Origin: Ascidiella aspersa
Lineage: Eukaryota
Reading direction: 5' to 3'
DNA length: 64,000 nucleotides
Assembly: GCA_963924565.1 (NCBI GenBank)
Contig: OZ004612.1
Location: 30,752,001-30,816,000, forward strand
Positions 1 to 14,200 of the stretch are shown one piece after another. The notes under the pieces were generated by a model. It saw only the letters and a program-made list of their open reading frames with translations. It had not been told where the DNA came from and did no database searches. Position 1 is the first letter of the stretch. Each line of letters opens with the position of its first letter. A program made the position numbers and the translations under genes.

Positions 1-973
1 AAAGCCAACAACTTAAGGTATTTGTTTCTCTGTTTGATGCGGTATTGATTAGAGTTGTTCGAAAACGTGATTTTGAATTTTCCGCTTTGCTTTGTGCTTT
101 AAATCTTTGTGTCTCTTTTGACCTATAGGTAGGCCACGAAATTAAATGTTTTTCTGCATCGCAGACTTGTATAGGTTAGGATATGCTATGATATTTAATG
201 GCTAAAATCAAAAATTTAGTTCTTCAGTGTTTATCGAATGACCGATTATGGAATTGCGTCCGATTTTTTTGTGTTTTTCTAGCTAACTCTTTGTTTTGTT
301 AGCTTTTTGAAATATATTTACGTTATTTTAAAGCACCATTGGTATGTGCTCCCATGCCGCAAAGAATCCTGTGTAATCATGCTCTGTCGTTTTATTTCTA
401 AAAAAGCAACTCCAGTTGTTTACCTATACTATTTTTGACTAAGTTTAGTTTTTAAGTTCTGATCACTCCATCAAGGCTAAAATTGCGATAAAAAATCGAT
501 ATCGGTTCGGCATCGATACCACCTTTTTATCGGACGAGTACCGATACTTCCACTTTGCATAGGGTATCGGCTCCGATCCGATATTATCGGGCATCACAGG
601 TTTTTGTAAGCTTCCAGATCGCTTATAATCTTGGTCAAGTGTAACATTTTTCGTTTTATATATTGCTTTCAAAATGAATCTGTTTCACAAAGATTTAATT
701 TACAAATGCCAAACACTTCAATGTTTCAATGTTGCTGCCTTTCTTTTTCATGTCAACCGTTGAATTTTATTTCGCAAACAGCATCTTGAATTCTAGGAAG
801 CGTCAAGTTTTACTCTTGTTATTCTTCGAAGCGACACGTGTTATATTTGGGCGGTCGTTTTCCCGCTTTGTTGTGTCTACGTGGCGCCTTGTGGTTGGAT
901 TGTTTGAAATATCGTTCGTCCAATCAAAACACAGCGGTCTGGGCCGATATATTCCAGCAGTTACAAACCGAAT

Positions 974-1210
974 GTTGAGTTGTGTGACATGTTTGTGGAG
1001 CCTTTTGATCTGAAGTGCGAAAATTTATTACAATTACGTCATTGTCGAGCTGTATCACATAACATGACGTCATACCTGAATAAATCTATTTATAACAGCT
1101 TCGTTGAGTTGTGTGACATGTTTGCAAAAAGTTTTGATCTGAATTGCGAATGTTTATTGTAATTACGTCATCCAGTTGCGCTGCGAGGCATAACATGACG
1201 TCATACCTGT
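974..1210. repeat. Two-copy tandem duplication, period ~129 bp
   Basis: GTTGAGTTGTGTGACATGTTTG...ATAACATGACGTCATACCTG starts at 974 and again at 1103. Confidence 0.85.
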
Positions 1211-3264
1211 ATAAATTTGTGATTAACAGTTCCATTTTACTGAATGCAACAAAGTTTGTGTTGGCCACAAATTTTGATGGATATGAAGTTTTTATGCATT
1301 AAGATTTTGTTAATTCGCTGTTATAGTATTGCATTTGCCATAAGATTGATTTAAAAAGCACATAAAAAGATACTTTTGTTTAATATAAAATTATTAATAA
1401 CAAAACTTTTCATTTTGAGTTGAGGCGTATGTATTTGTTTTTCAAAATGGTTTTCTTTTATATTTTAACGTACATAGAACAAATTCTATTGGCAGCAAAC
1501 TATTTTAATCGCAATATTTTTCTTAAATATTCAAACCCGACATTATTCGCATTGCAGTGATTTGTACTTAAAGTTACACGATGTAACCTACCCTTACATT
1601 ATCTTTAATATTTATTCTAAAAGTTTCCTTAAAAACCCTCCCAACGTCCATATAACGTGATCAGCAACTCGGCACTACTTTAACTAAATTGCAAATTTCT
1701 TACAAAATGGCGATTGCTTGATAAGCTTTACCGCGTCCAATATCACCGGATGGTGTTTTGTTCAACCCCCGCCCAGCAATCAGCCAAATAGCACGTTGAA
1801 GCGCCGCACCTTTCCACACAACGCAGGTGCTGTCCTGTACTTTGCTACTTGCTCGTTGAGAAATATGCTTTTTGTGTCTCTAAGTTTTCACCATCTGTGT
1901 TATACACTGATACTTATTAGTCTGTGGGAAGAATTCGCAAGTCGTAATTACGCATAAGGAGTTGATCAAATTTCGAAGAAATGTAAACTTGGTTAAAATT
2001 TTGAACCATTTGCGATTAATTTCAAATTTCGAAGACTATTTTTATGCGTTAAATCGCAATTTGTATTCGTTTTATTTTATAAGATGTTAAATTTACTTTT
2101 TAAAGAGAATATTGCGACAAACAAAGCACATTTTGATTATAAAAACGTTATCAACTGTATAGTGAAAAAGTTTAAATGGCAGATTGACTGCTTTAAACGA
2201 AACTATACATTGTGCAAACATATTGTAAATACGCAATTATTAGCCTTAAACATTTGCCAGTGCGACTTCAGAAATGGCTAATTTGAACGACAGACGTAGA
2301 CAATAGACATGTGTAAACTGCAAACATAGTTAAAGATTTATTCAGTTGTAGTTTGTATCTTATTTACAAACTGTGTTACTAACGCGGCAAAATTTCATGG
2401 AATTTTAAAATTTAATCTTTTTTTGTCGTCAATTCATCGATTGACAGCCATAGCCGCTGGTAGCCAACGACTGACATTCAATGGCCGGTTGTAAAAATTT
2501 GTGTCTAAATAAATTTGGTATCTGTCGATACCGTACCGGCTCGTATGCCAACTTAGTTTTTAACGATTACCGATACCACCACTTGACAAAGGGTATCGGC
2601 TCCGATCCGATATTATCGAATAATGCTATTCCAGATAAATCCGTTAATCTTTTGGACCATTGTTAGCCCTATTCTAACTTTTTTAAAGAAACATGCCGCC
2701 GGCCGTATTTAGTAGTCGTTGCTATAGCGGTGATGGGCATCAAACTAAAACCCATATAAAGAAACGATAAAGGCTACGCGCGTCAAAAAACATTTTAAAA
2801 CTCTTGCTAGCGCGTAAACTATTAATATTCGTTTTTTTTATTTATAATCGTTCCTTAGCTTTATTAAGGGAATATGCCGCAGGTGACCGCTCTTTCAGAG
2901 GACTTACGGTAATCAAAAGTAAAAAGAAGAGTAAAAAACAACTGTACGCGTGTCGAAAAAAGGCAGTTACGCAGTACATTGGAATAACAAATTAATATCG
3001 CTCTTGAAGTTTTCCCAGCCTTGTCACAATGCTAGTCTGATCAAAGGTTTTAACGACCACGTGTTTGTGTCGCGACCTTGACACTCGAGTGTGACCTTCA
3101 CGGATGGTCACAGGTCGCTTTCGGCTCGTGTAATTGCAGGTTTGACACGTGTTCCTTCAATAGATGCAGGTCGCTATTGAAAGTGGCTCGGAATTCGACG
3201 AATTCTGTTCAATTGCTGGAAGTTGTTGGTTTCGTCTGCTGAGATTCTCTTGTATCAATACTTT

Positions 3265-4030
3265 CCAAAAATTCTCTCTTAGGCGGTGTACAGCAAAGCC
3301 TGTTTTTTAAGACTAACTTATTTCTGATCCACCCAAATTCAGGACAACTCTTAAAACCTTATCTGATAGAGATCGATCTTTTTTCAGTTTTTGCCTGTTT
3401 TGTGCCATTAATGCAATTCTGAGACTCTGTTCTAGCAAGACATGACAAAATTCACTCTTGTAGACTTGTACAGCAAAGCCAGTATTTAAGAGTAACTTTT
3501 TACCTGTTTTTTGCCAATAATGTAATCCTGATCAAGACTTTGCAAATTCACTATTATAGCCGGAGGATTGCAAAGCCAGTTTGGGCTCTATTTTCTATTT
3601 TCCAATTTCTAGCCAAAATGCAAAACCTTTTTTAATGAAAGGTTTTTTTCTGTGTTATGCTATTAATGTAATACTAATGTACTCGTGTATAACGGCATGA
3701 TAAAATTTCCTCTTATAGACTTGTACAGCAAGGCAAGTTTTAGAGTAACTTCTTTTCACATCTACACAATTTAAGTCCAACTCTTGAAACCTTATCTAAT
3801 AAAAATCGCTTTTTAACCTGTTTTGTGCCATTAATGTATGCTTCATGTATCAAGACTGGCAAATCCACTATTATTGGCGGGGAATAGCAAAGCCCGTTTT
3901 CAAGAACGACTCTGTATTCCTTTTCCCAATTTCAGGCCAAAATTTAAAACCTTTTTTGATAAAAACGCTGCTTAAGTTTTTACCTGAGTTATGCTATTAA
4001 TGTAATACTAAATGATCTTGATCAAGATTT
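3265..4030. repeat. Degenerate tandem array with alternating sub-units
   Basis: Recurrent AAATTCACT(C/A)TT...CAGCAAAGCC and TGTGCCATTAATG / ATGCTATTAATGTAATACTAA blocks starting ~3270, 3449, 3545, 3703 and 3861. Confidence 0.7.
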
Positions 4031-5470
4031 GGTTGAATTCCCTTGTTATTCACTTTTCAATGTCGACTTGTTTTTTATTTAACATTAAAAGTACAAAAAT
4101 AGGTAAAATAGTAACTTGAGCCGAGTAATAACTGATGTGTGTCTACTCCTCTCGGAAACTCCCCACTCCAAAACCACCCCAAACCCTTGATCGTGAATTG
4201 GCCTTTTGAGAATCGCTTGAACCGCGTCGTGTGTGACGTAATAATGCCGTATCCCCCTTCTGGTGTCGTGACCCCCCTAAGTGGCCAAGTACCCCTCAAA
4301 CGGTGTTAGAGTGATGTTAATGTGACGGAAAATGTGGTTTGTACGCTGGTTTTTTGTTCTATGCCACGAAATTTTCTAGTTAACTTCTAGTTCTGGAAAC
4401 ATATACTAGGGGGTAGCGCGAATCCTTAGTCCAGGGGTTATTTTATGACGCTCATTCCTTGATTTTTTTTTTCGCTAGGACAAAACCAGCATAAATTGTA
4501 GAAATTATGTCATTAAACAAGTAAACTTAGGTAGCTTGTTATTTTGGTCCAAGAATTTTAAACTGAAATGGAGTTTAAATACATTTAAGGAGAAGGCCTC
4601 AAAACCGTTTTTTTCTTAATTCTTTTCTTTTATAGCAAATATTCCATTTTTAAAATAATATACTAAGATTTAAATTAGGCATTTATGGGCCCCCTAAAAC
4701 TAGTTCACGTACCCCTCGAACGGTGTTAGAATGATGTTAATGTGACAGGAATGCGCGGTTTGTACGCTGCTACACCAACGCACTCATTATAGGTTATGAA
4801 GGGGTAGAGCGAATGCCTGATCCTGGGTTATTTTGAACGCTGGTTTCCCAATTTGTTTTGCTATGCCCTCTATAGACAGAACAGCTCCCCTTAGAATATT
4901 TTTTAACTGTCTGTGAAATAATTACTTTACAGTCGGCCATTAAGACGTTTCGCTATTTCAACAAAATGGCGTCAACTTTGATTTAGTCGGAAGAAATGTT
5001 TAGGACTGAATCCAAGTGTTGCCACTCTTGCATATTTATAATTTATATTGCTCAAAAGCAGTATCATTTTGAAATTACTTAGTTCTCAGTCAATTACTTT
5101 CCAATAAATAACAAGTCTAGTCCCAGTCCAAGTCATCAGTTGCACAACTCAATTCAATTCCAAGTCAAGATTAAACCTTAAACTATTAAAATTGGTCAAC
5201 TCGAACGATTATAAGCATTAAATCAACAAACAAAGAACAAAAACCTAAGATATAACAAGCAATCTTTTTTTACGTAAACATTCAGATAAATACCAAATTT
5301 TATTATGTTTTTGGGTGTGCTGTGTTCATGCCTGAATGTCATTAAAATGATTGAATATTCTTGCTGAATAGATATAAGGGCAAACTTATTATTTATTCTT
5401 GGGTTGCAACTAATGAAGAAGGCCCCAGACGTGCTGTGTTTGGCAACTAAAATGTTCAACAGATGTACAA

Positions 5471-5617
5471 TATATTTAAAATAGGTTCGTCTGGCGTATA
5501 TTTCTTCAACCAACGGTTCGGCTTTCTATCCGGCAACTTCCTGACGAAGGCTTGTCGGATAGTAAGCCGAAACGTTAGTAGAAGAAATATACGCCAGAGG
5601 AACGTATTTTAAATATA
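5471..5617. repeat. Fold-back palindrome containing a hammerhead-like core (Penelope pLTR-like)
   Basis: Arms of ~65 bp are inverted copies. CTGACGA (5541)-A-GGCTT-loop-AAGCC-GAAACGTT lies on the plus strand. AGATGTACAAT direct repeats at 5461-5471 and 5646-5656. Confidence 0.75.
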
Positions 5618-6343
5618 CTATGCTTGTTAGCAACAGCATATTTATAGATGTACAATCTAAATATGTCCGATAGTATCGTTTTGGAGCCGATATTCGATGG
5701 CATTATCCGTACTCATCCGATATATCTGTGCCGATCCAAGATCAATTTATCTTTGATTTGAGGTTGGACACAGCAATTCTACATTAAAGGGTACATCTAA
5801 CAAAAAAAACGGCTATTAAATTTCCTGACGCTCACGGACCCATTTAAAAAACATTTAAGCTTACACACTCCTCAGTTGTTCAAAACTAACCCTAACCAGT
5901 AACTTTGAAAAACTGTATGCTGTCTTAATTTATACCAGCGACCCTTTAACGCTATATTTCCGCCAGATTAAATAAACTCTTGGCTGGGAAAGCATTGTTT
6001 CAAAAAAGGAAGGAGGTGTTTTATTAGAGTTGTATGCAAATGAACTACTGGGCAGCATTCGCCTTGATTGACAGTCTGTGTGAGAACCATTTTAAAGCAA
6101 GATAAAACGAATTTCCGTCTTTAGATTTATTCCCAGTTTTGTAGCTAAGGCATTTTCAAATGACTGATCCCAGTCAAGTCAATTAAAAAATAACTTAAAG
6201 ACAGAAAATTTGCAACCATTTTTACTGCAACAAATTTTGGAGGGAAATAAATTCATCATTTGCTAGACACATAATAAAATATTTTGCTTTTTAATATTTC
6301 AATCATAGCATAAAATGATAAAAAGATTAAACAAAGTTTAGAC

Positions 6344-6599
6344 CAGTGGTCTCCACCTTTTTTCTTTCGTGGCCCATTTACGTTGCAAAAAAATTCTGTG
6401 GCCCAATATTTTTTTATGAAAGTAAAAACTTTAAAATAGGTTTAGAACCAAACACAGCAGAACATATTTCAAAACCTCCCCAAGCCATTATTCCTGTAAA
6501 ATTAAATATAGTGACACAAATTAAACTAAAACTAGCTTTTTTTAAATTGGTCTGTGACACACCTCAAAGTTCTTATAGCCCACTGGTTGAGAACCGCTG
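6344..6599. mobile_element. Degenerate hAT-type MITE
   Basis: Ends CAGTGGTCTCCACC / GGTTGAGAACCGCTG. No clear TSD. Confidence 0.55.
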
Positions 6600-6786
6600 A
6601 GCTAAGGCATTTTTAAATGACTGTTTTTTTTAAATGACATAGGAAGCCATTTTTAAATGACATCGCAAGTCAAGTCCCAGTCCAAGTGATCGGTTGCAGT
6701 CCAAGTCAAGTCATCTTTAGAGTGAATTTTGTTCTAAACAAAAGTTGCACATATATGGCACTAACAGCACTAACAGGTTTGTTCCA

Positions 6787-7045
6787 ACAGCAGAATAGTC
6801 TAGTAAAGCTTGCAATTCAGGTCAGACACTTTTTATAAATGGTAAAAGATATAATATTTCGCCAATGAATATATCTTAATTCGAATCAATTAGTTAATGT
6901 ATATTTAGATCTTTTAACATTAATAGTGTCTGACCTGAATTACTAGCAATGCTAGACCATTCTGCTGTTACTGTTCAGGAATTGAGGTTGATATTTATAT
7001 TGCAAGGGTCAAGAATATTTCAAGTATCACATATTCAGTGCAACA
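6787..7045. repeat. Palindromic dispersed repeat, related to 20308-20430
   Basis: CAGCAGAAT..CTAG..AATTCAGGTCAGACAC / GTGTCTGACCTGAATT..CTAG..ATTCTGCTG inverted arms. The right arm plus tail recurs at ~20308-20430. Confidence 0.75.
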
Positions 7046-10000
7046 TCATTATATGGTTATGCTTTGTATTCAAGTAAAATAAAATTAACAAAGTTCTTTA
7101 AAAACGTTGCAACAAGCTCTGTCGTGCAAGTTCTTCTTTATATGACGCATATTCCTACTAGCTCCTTCGTTTGTTCGTTGGTTGCTTCAAGGCCCTCTCC
7201 GCAGAGAAAAGGCCGGTGCATTTTTCAAATGCCTCCTGTTTATGACGTAATAATCGTTGTGGTGTCACAGGGGAAACCAGTTCGTGTTTACTGCGGAAGT
7301 TTTTGCGCCTAGCTGCCTTGGAATAGACCTGGTCGGGAAATAAGCGAGGCTGTGTTGCAAGGTTTCAGTTTATTGAGAAATGTCAAAGTAAACAATAAAG
7401 TAGGCAAAGTTGTTAAAGAAAAAAGTGTTTTCTAAGAGTAAAATTTAAAATCTAGTAACAATATCAAAGCCCATACAGAAGTAGATATCATTTTAAACGT
7501 TTCGAACAAATCTTTATTTATTTTAAACAATTAACATGAATAAAGAGATATTCGAAACGTTTATAATGCTATTTACTTTTATATGGGTTTTATATTGTAA
7601 CTACGTCGCACGACAACCTCCAACCGTTATGCTCCAAAATTTGAAATCGTTTAAAAATCGGAGTTAAAAAAGACGAGTAATTTCGACGATTTAAAATGCA
7701 ATTCGGCATCAATTTCGACAGACGTTTCAATAGTCATTTGTCTAAACGACTTAAGTCAAGTCAAGTTATGCTTAAACAGCGAATTTTGAATAAATCAACA
7801 TCATACTGACAAAGACATTTCTATACGAACTTGTATCATCTTCAGTTATGCGTTTTGAAGCAAATTTATATAAACTTGTTAAACAGCTCTTCTTGCTTTT
7901 TTACTCAATCGTTTCGACGTCCTGCAATTCGCCGGAACGTGTTAGTCCCTCAAATGCACGTAAAGTACACACAGGGTTATGTAAGACCGGATAGCGCCTT
8001 GCTTTAACCCATGTATTTGTTGGGTGGTAATCACTTGTTGAACTTTGTCGTTGAACCCCTGAAAGTTCAGCCAAGCTGCCTTGTTTACTTCAAGCAAACA
8101 AAATGATAAATTGTCGGTGAGGAGCGTAAATGTATGAGCAGTGTGTCAGTCGTTTCTGAGGACTGAACAGACTTTGAATTATAGCTTACAAAATATAGCA
8201 GAGAAATAACATTTATTATTTAGATAAGGGTTTCCAATTTTTTTGTAAGACTGACAATGGATTTTATTGTGGTTTGCGTGTACCAGGGTGGACGTGAAGT
8301 TTTTTTCCAAGAGTACGTCGTAATACAAGAAGACTTGCTGTTTTCGGTATTTTTAAACTTAAATCGAATATATCCAAGGGTATAATTTATTATTTTTTAA
8401 GCATATATTGTATAAATCTATCGATTTTATTTTGGCCCCTAAAACTGTTCCACGTACCCCTAAAGCAGTGGTTCCCAAACTGTGGGCCACAAGACTATTT
8501 TCATTGGGACATAGAGCTATTGGAAAATATTGCATCTAAATATGTTATGTTTTACGGTATAACTGTTAGCATATTTAATTTTTTTAAATTGGAATGAGGC
8601 CATTTATTTTAATTGGAATGAGGCCATTTGTTGGCTATTTGTAAACTATATACTTAAAGGCAAAATCTCTCGACACGTGTTTGTTTCACTACGCAGTTAG
8701 CACGGCAGTCAACTTAAAATTCAGTTTCTTGTCATCGAGATGTTTAATTCTAATCTACAAATAAGCCGGAACCAAAAAGGATTATTTAAATGTTGTTAAA
8801 AAATATTGAGTAAGACATTTTTGTTGTCATTTATTGACAGGACGTTCATGTTTTAAGTTGTAATACAAACTGTTCGTATGTAAAACGAAAAAAAACTGGC
8901 TTTGTATGTGAGTTTACCTGCTACCCTATTTAGCACCCCTAACTTTTCTTTCAAACTTACATAAAACCTTACACGAAACTTTTAACAGACAACGCACTAA
9001 ACTACCCAGAGGCAAAAAAGCAATTTGTAATGTCAAAGCACAAATCAATTTATCACTAGCGCCATTCGATACTGAGCCCCATTAGCCTATGGACCCATGT
9101 GCGTCACCCACCAGTTGTAGGGGCGCGATTTATGTCTGGAGGTGATAAGTGTAACACCCCAAGGTAACTTACCCCCTAACCCCAAACCCACACACCCATG
9201 CTCTGCTAAACCAACAAGATATTTCGAGCATGAAACCTGTCGCTTCACCCGTTGGAAATAATTTAGCCGAGGGTGTTTTTAGGGGTACAGTGGGTGACAA
9301 AAGCGGGATGAAGGGGTTGATTTATTTTTCCCCGTTCGGCAATATTTTTACTCTTAAAATCCGTTGTTGGTTATTTTTTAATATTTTGAGAAAATATTCC
9401 CTTCTAAACGGGAAAGTGTATTGTATTTTTGCTTAGTTTGTCATTTTCCTAATTTGGTTTAGTGTTCCAATGTTAAGTTGTTCTTCTAGGACCTTTCGGG
9501 TTCATTTTTCGAGTCGTCGGTAATTTTTTTGGGGGGTTAAGTCCAATTCAAAACAATGTTTCTTTGGCCTGCCCTTACCCAAGAATTTATCGTGTTCAAC
9601 ACGACCGTTATATTCTACTCTAATTCCCAATGCGCCACAATACCTCAAACCCATTTCGCCCCTGCGCGTTTATCCCAGCCTCGAGTCCCGCCGGCTTTAT
9701 TTACAGCAGACGTTCAAACCGGAGATAAATAAAGGCGGAGGTAATCGACTCCTCAAAACACAGCAGACGTCTGGCCCTGCGCTCACACCGCTTCACGCAG
9801 TCGCCCGTGCAACCGCGCGCCAACCGTTGTGAAGTCGCGCTCATTGCGACAATTCGTTCAGCGATCAAGTTTTGAGCTTCATTCTCGGCGCGTCGGTAAC
9901 CTGAGCGCCTCCTTCGCCGCCGCTCGCTTATTAAGCGTCGCGCGCTAGCCTTTGTGACGTCACCTGGCCGATTGTTAGCGGCGGGTACGTAACAGAGACC

Positions 10001-11130
10001 CGTCTCTGGGAAATGGTCATTAGGCTTGGAGCGTGATTTGAGAAGGCAGGTTTTTTTTCGATTACGCCCGAAAAACGAGTTTATTGCGGCGGAAATGAAG
10101 CGGTGTGAGAATAAGCGCCCCCTCAAGGTCGTTCCAAAGTTAGTCGCGAGATTGAAGGTCGTGCCAAGGTCGAAAATCTAATTGGATTAGAAGGTCGCAG
10201 TTTGTCGCGCCGATTGCGATTTTGTGAAGCTTTACTTACGGCCACTTTACTTTTGACACGCACAGGTGTAGGGCTGATAGTTGTATTTTGTGGTAAACTG
10301 AACTCTCAAACTGGTTGGATTCTGAAAAGCTGAAAGCAAGTTTGTCTTACTGGAGTAGGAAGCATTTTGAACGTTTCGAATATCTCATTTTGATTGAAAA
10401 TGACTAAATATTTATTCGAAACTTTCAAAATGCTACCCAATACTTCTGAATGGGCTTTGATATTCTTACGAAGTCTAACTACAACCTCCAGCCATTATGA
10501 TCGAAGGTCACCTTGAAGGTTCTCGCCACGTGGAGTTTTGCAAGCTGCCTGAGATTTCTCGCCACTGTTTTGTGTACTTTTGTGGAAGCTTTTAGATTCT
10601 GCAGTCTGCTATTTTTTAAACCAAAGCGTCGCAGAATTCTCGTAGCCTTTGAACCTAAAGTTTCCCTCTGGAGTGTTACTTATGCACTTCAAAAGTAGGC
10701 AAAATTGCCTTAAATTTATTGAGAATGGAGCTATAAACCTAGAAATGCGAATTGCGATCAACGAAACTTAAGCGTCATGTCGGGCTTATTGTGAAAATTC
10801 TTTGTACCGGAAAACTACGTTTTTTTACACTCTGTAACCTTAAGATTAATTTTAAGATTTCTAGTAAATTCTTTCAAAGCTTGTGTTAAATTTCGACCCG
10901 AAGCAACGACGAGTTGAACTCTAGCGTGAAATCCAGTGCTAGTTTGTTGAGTAAAACGTTAAAATGGCGTCTCACTGAGCACCGAACCTCGCCGGCAACC
11001 CTCGTCTTTCTGCATATGGTTGTTAGTGTTACAACTTGGTGGTAACAACCAGATGAGAAAGCCGTTGAGTTTTCGAGCGGAATGACACCGACGAAGCGTG
11101 CTATAAAATAACCATTAGGAGGATAGTTAA

Positions 11131-11290
11131 AAGTAGAAAAATGTCAAAGCCCATGTAGAAGTAGGCAGCATTTTGTGAACGTTTCTAATGTATTTTTGAT
11201 TTATTTAAATCGTTCACGAAATGCTATACTTACTTCTGTATGGGCTTTGATATTCTTTCTACGTCTAACTACAACCTCCAGTCATTATGC
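11131..11290. repeat. Dominant palindromic dispersed repeat (representative copy)
   Basis: Unit ATAATGGCTGGAGGTTGTAGTTAGACGTAGAA-GAATATCAAAGCCCATACAGAAGTAGG-AGCATTTT-GAACGTTTCGAATA in inverted pairs. Copies at ~7450-7635, 10350-10500, 14090-14210, 21720-21785, 22225-22340, 23340-23460, 27600-27745, 29290-29530, 35650-35800, 37120-37265, 39915-40190, 43975-44210 and 44585-44620. Confidence 0.9.
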
Positions 11291-14200
11291 TTTTAAAAGT
11301 TGGGATTTCCCGTTCAAATGTTTTTTCACTGCATTTTTTACACTAAAACGCGCAGTAACGTCTTGCTTTACCGTGTTGTTTTTGTTAATAATTTGAAACT
11401 CTTGCAAAATTTTTAGTAAAAACATATCTAACATGTATTTTCCAGTGAAAAATGTAAGGAAACAGCCTTTTAACAGTTTCAAATTATATCTATTTTATTT
11501 TTGGTAAAACTTTATACAATTTCAATTTAAGCGTTTATTTTTATGTAAAATATGTTATCTCAATATATTGCTTAACACAAGTAACCAATCTCATATACAG
11601 TATATCAAAGCCTTTACATTGGCCTTACATTCCGTTGTGCAAGCATAGCTTACAACAACACACGGGGGAGGGGGGTATTCCTGGCCGTGTTTTACAACTA
11701 TGACATCACAAACGGGACATTGTCGGGCGTCGCGCGTCGGAAAATGGCGGCTGCTTTGTCGGCGAGTCACGTACAGAGAGAAAGTGGACCGTTTAGAAAG
11801 CCGGAACCTTTTTGTCTTGTTTAAGGCCCACGGCCATTTTTGCTGAAGTGGACTTTTTAATTAGTTTGAACTATCAAAATGATTTTTTTACGCCGCTTTA
11901 ACCATTTTATAACAATATTCGTCACGCTAAACTTTTTTTACAACAACATTTGTTTCTTTTTATCACAATATTTCCTTCAAAATAGTAACATTTTGTCACT
12001 TATTTTGCAACTGTAGCCTATTTAAAAGAACGTTCAAATTTTTTACCCTGCTTTAGCGTTTTTTGAATACATTTCATTATTTCAATATAATTAGCAATAT
12101 ATATCTAGATATATACATTGGTGTATTGGTCATTTAAAACTAGTGAAAAGTGGCCACGTTTTTAACATTCCCTCTCGTGTAGTTACTGGCTGGAGGCTTT
12201 GCAGCTAAAAATTAGGCGGCGTTTTCTACACTTTAAAGATTTAACTCAAATGGCCTAGCCGTTCGAAATTAGCCATATATGTGTCCAAAGCGGCTAGCAG
12301 AAATTAATTAGCGACAGACTGTCATCATTTATAAAAAGTCTGCTTTTGTAGAATCGTTTCGTTGGATTTAACAACTTACCCCTATGCAGTGTTAAAAACA
12401 CCAAAGTGTTTTAATATAAAGGAACCGTCTACCTTAAAAGAAATCTGGCTGAAACAAAAATTTTGCGTTTCCGAGACAATATAATGCCTAAAACCGACCA
12501 AAAAGATAGGTAATGTGTGACAAAAAATGTGGCCTTATGCCTTAAATGTTGAAAAGAACCGGCCTCTAAATGTAGCCACGGATTCTGGCCAATTCCCCCT
12601 TTATCCATTTGTGCGTAACACAAGCCTCGACTCCCAACCTCTTTGTATCGCTTCTGCTTGGTGGAACTTGGTTGGGGAGTTATAACGCCACATATTTCAA
12701 ATGACATAACTTAATAAAACGCACACACCACAGTGGGCCACAGGTTATGAAAACATGCCTCCAATATCCATGGTCAATAGACGCCATGCCTTCCCACAAT
12801 ATTAGTTTTCCTTTTGAAAAAAACCTTATGTTACATGTTGCTTGTGTCATTTTGTGTATTCTTGCGATATTGTCATTTTGTCTACTTTGCTTTTTCGTTG
12901 CGTCATCAAATTTGGTTTAATAAAACACTGAGCAGTAATTCTGGTCAACTGGTGGATGTTGAAGTTAGGTTTTGGTGGAAATTACAATAAAATAAGACGT
13001 ACATTCCCCCTAAGTCTTACTTTATACACTTTTTAATGTCTCTGATAAACTAGTCTATTTATTTCAGTCGGATTTTTAACTTGAACTGGTTGAAAGTGAC
13101 GGAAATAACGTCAACATATTCGTTTGCAGTTTTTCGTATTATTTTTTCTTTTACCTTATTTACAACGCATTTACCCTTTTACATACAACTTAACGCCTAT
13201 ACGACAACCTTGGTTTAATATAGGCGGTTGCTACAAGGTAGTTTACAGTCGTTTAACTCTAAGGTATTACTTTTATCGTTCATTACTAAGAGGCGCACTG
13301 TTGTAAACAAGATATTTTTGAATAAATTAAGCCCAAGTCGAGTCTTTTCAAAAAAATAACATGACAAGTCCCGGTCTTGGTCAATACTTAACTATCATCA
13401 AATATCAGTTAAGTCATTTTCAGGGCAAGTCTACTCTAAGTGAAATCACCGATTTAAAAGTAATAAAAAACTTAAAATTGCTAAACTGCTCCTAATATGA
13501 ATAAATTTAAATAAACATTATTAAAAAAACAACAAGAAGTGATCTTAAGTGCAAAACTTTTTTAAGTGTAAAGAGATATATAAAAGTACAGCGATAAGTC
13601 AATATGGTGTTGATGGTGTATTTGCATGCGGTAACAACAAAGTACAGCGATTTACAAAGCAATGCGTCTTTTTGTTAAAAGCAAATTTACAACTCAAAAC
13701 TGACTTAACATCATGATAACGCAGTGCTTTTTAACCTTTTATGTGGCCAACAAAATACAAGCGTTTATTTTTATTTCATTTAATGTTTCACGGTTTAAAA
13801 TTAACATTTCACCAATTAGACCAAAAGCATTTACAATTTCAAATAATCATTTAAACCTTGGTCTTTTGTAAAAATTTCTGGGACATTAGCAATTCAAACG
13901 GCGGCCCATAGGTTAAAAGCACTGTTACAAGTTTAAATACATTTAAGATGTTTACAAATCACGAGCAATGGTTATACTGAATGCGTGGTAATTATAATAA
14001 TTATATAGACATTATCTGAACTCTAAAAAAGCGCAGTGGAATTACTTGAATGCAAAGTTAACAACAAGAATAATTATAATCGTTGGATCATAATGGCTGG
14101 ATGTTGTAGTTAGACGTACAAGGAATAGCAAAGCCCATACAGAAGTAGGTTGTTGAAAACGATGCATTTAAAGCTTTCAAAATATATGGGCTTTGATATT

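Noticed and set aside
9701-10126. 141-aa Arg-rich minus-strand ORF
   Set aside because: No ATG start (TTG), no recognisable domain or flanking exons. Explained by locally high GC.
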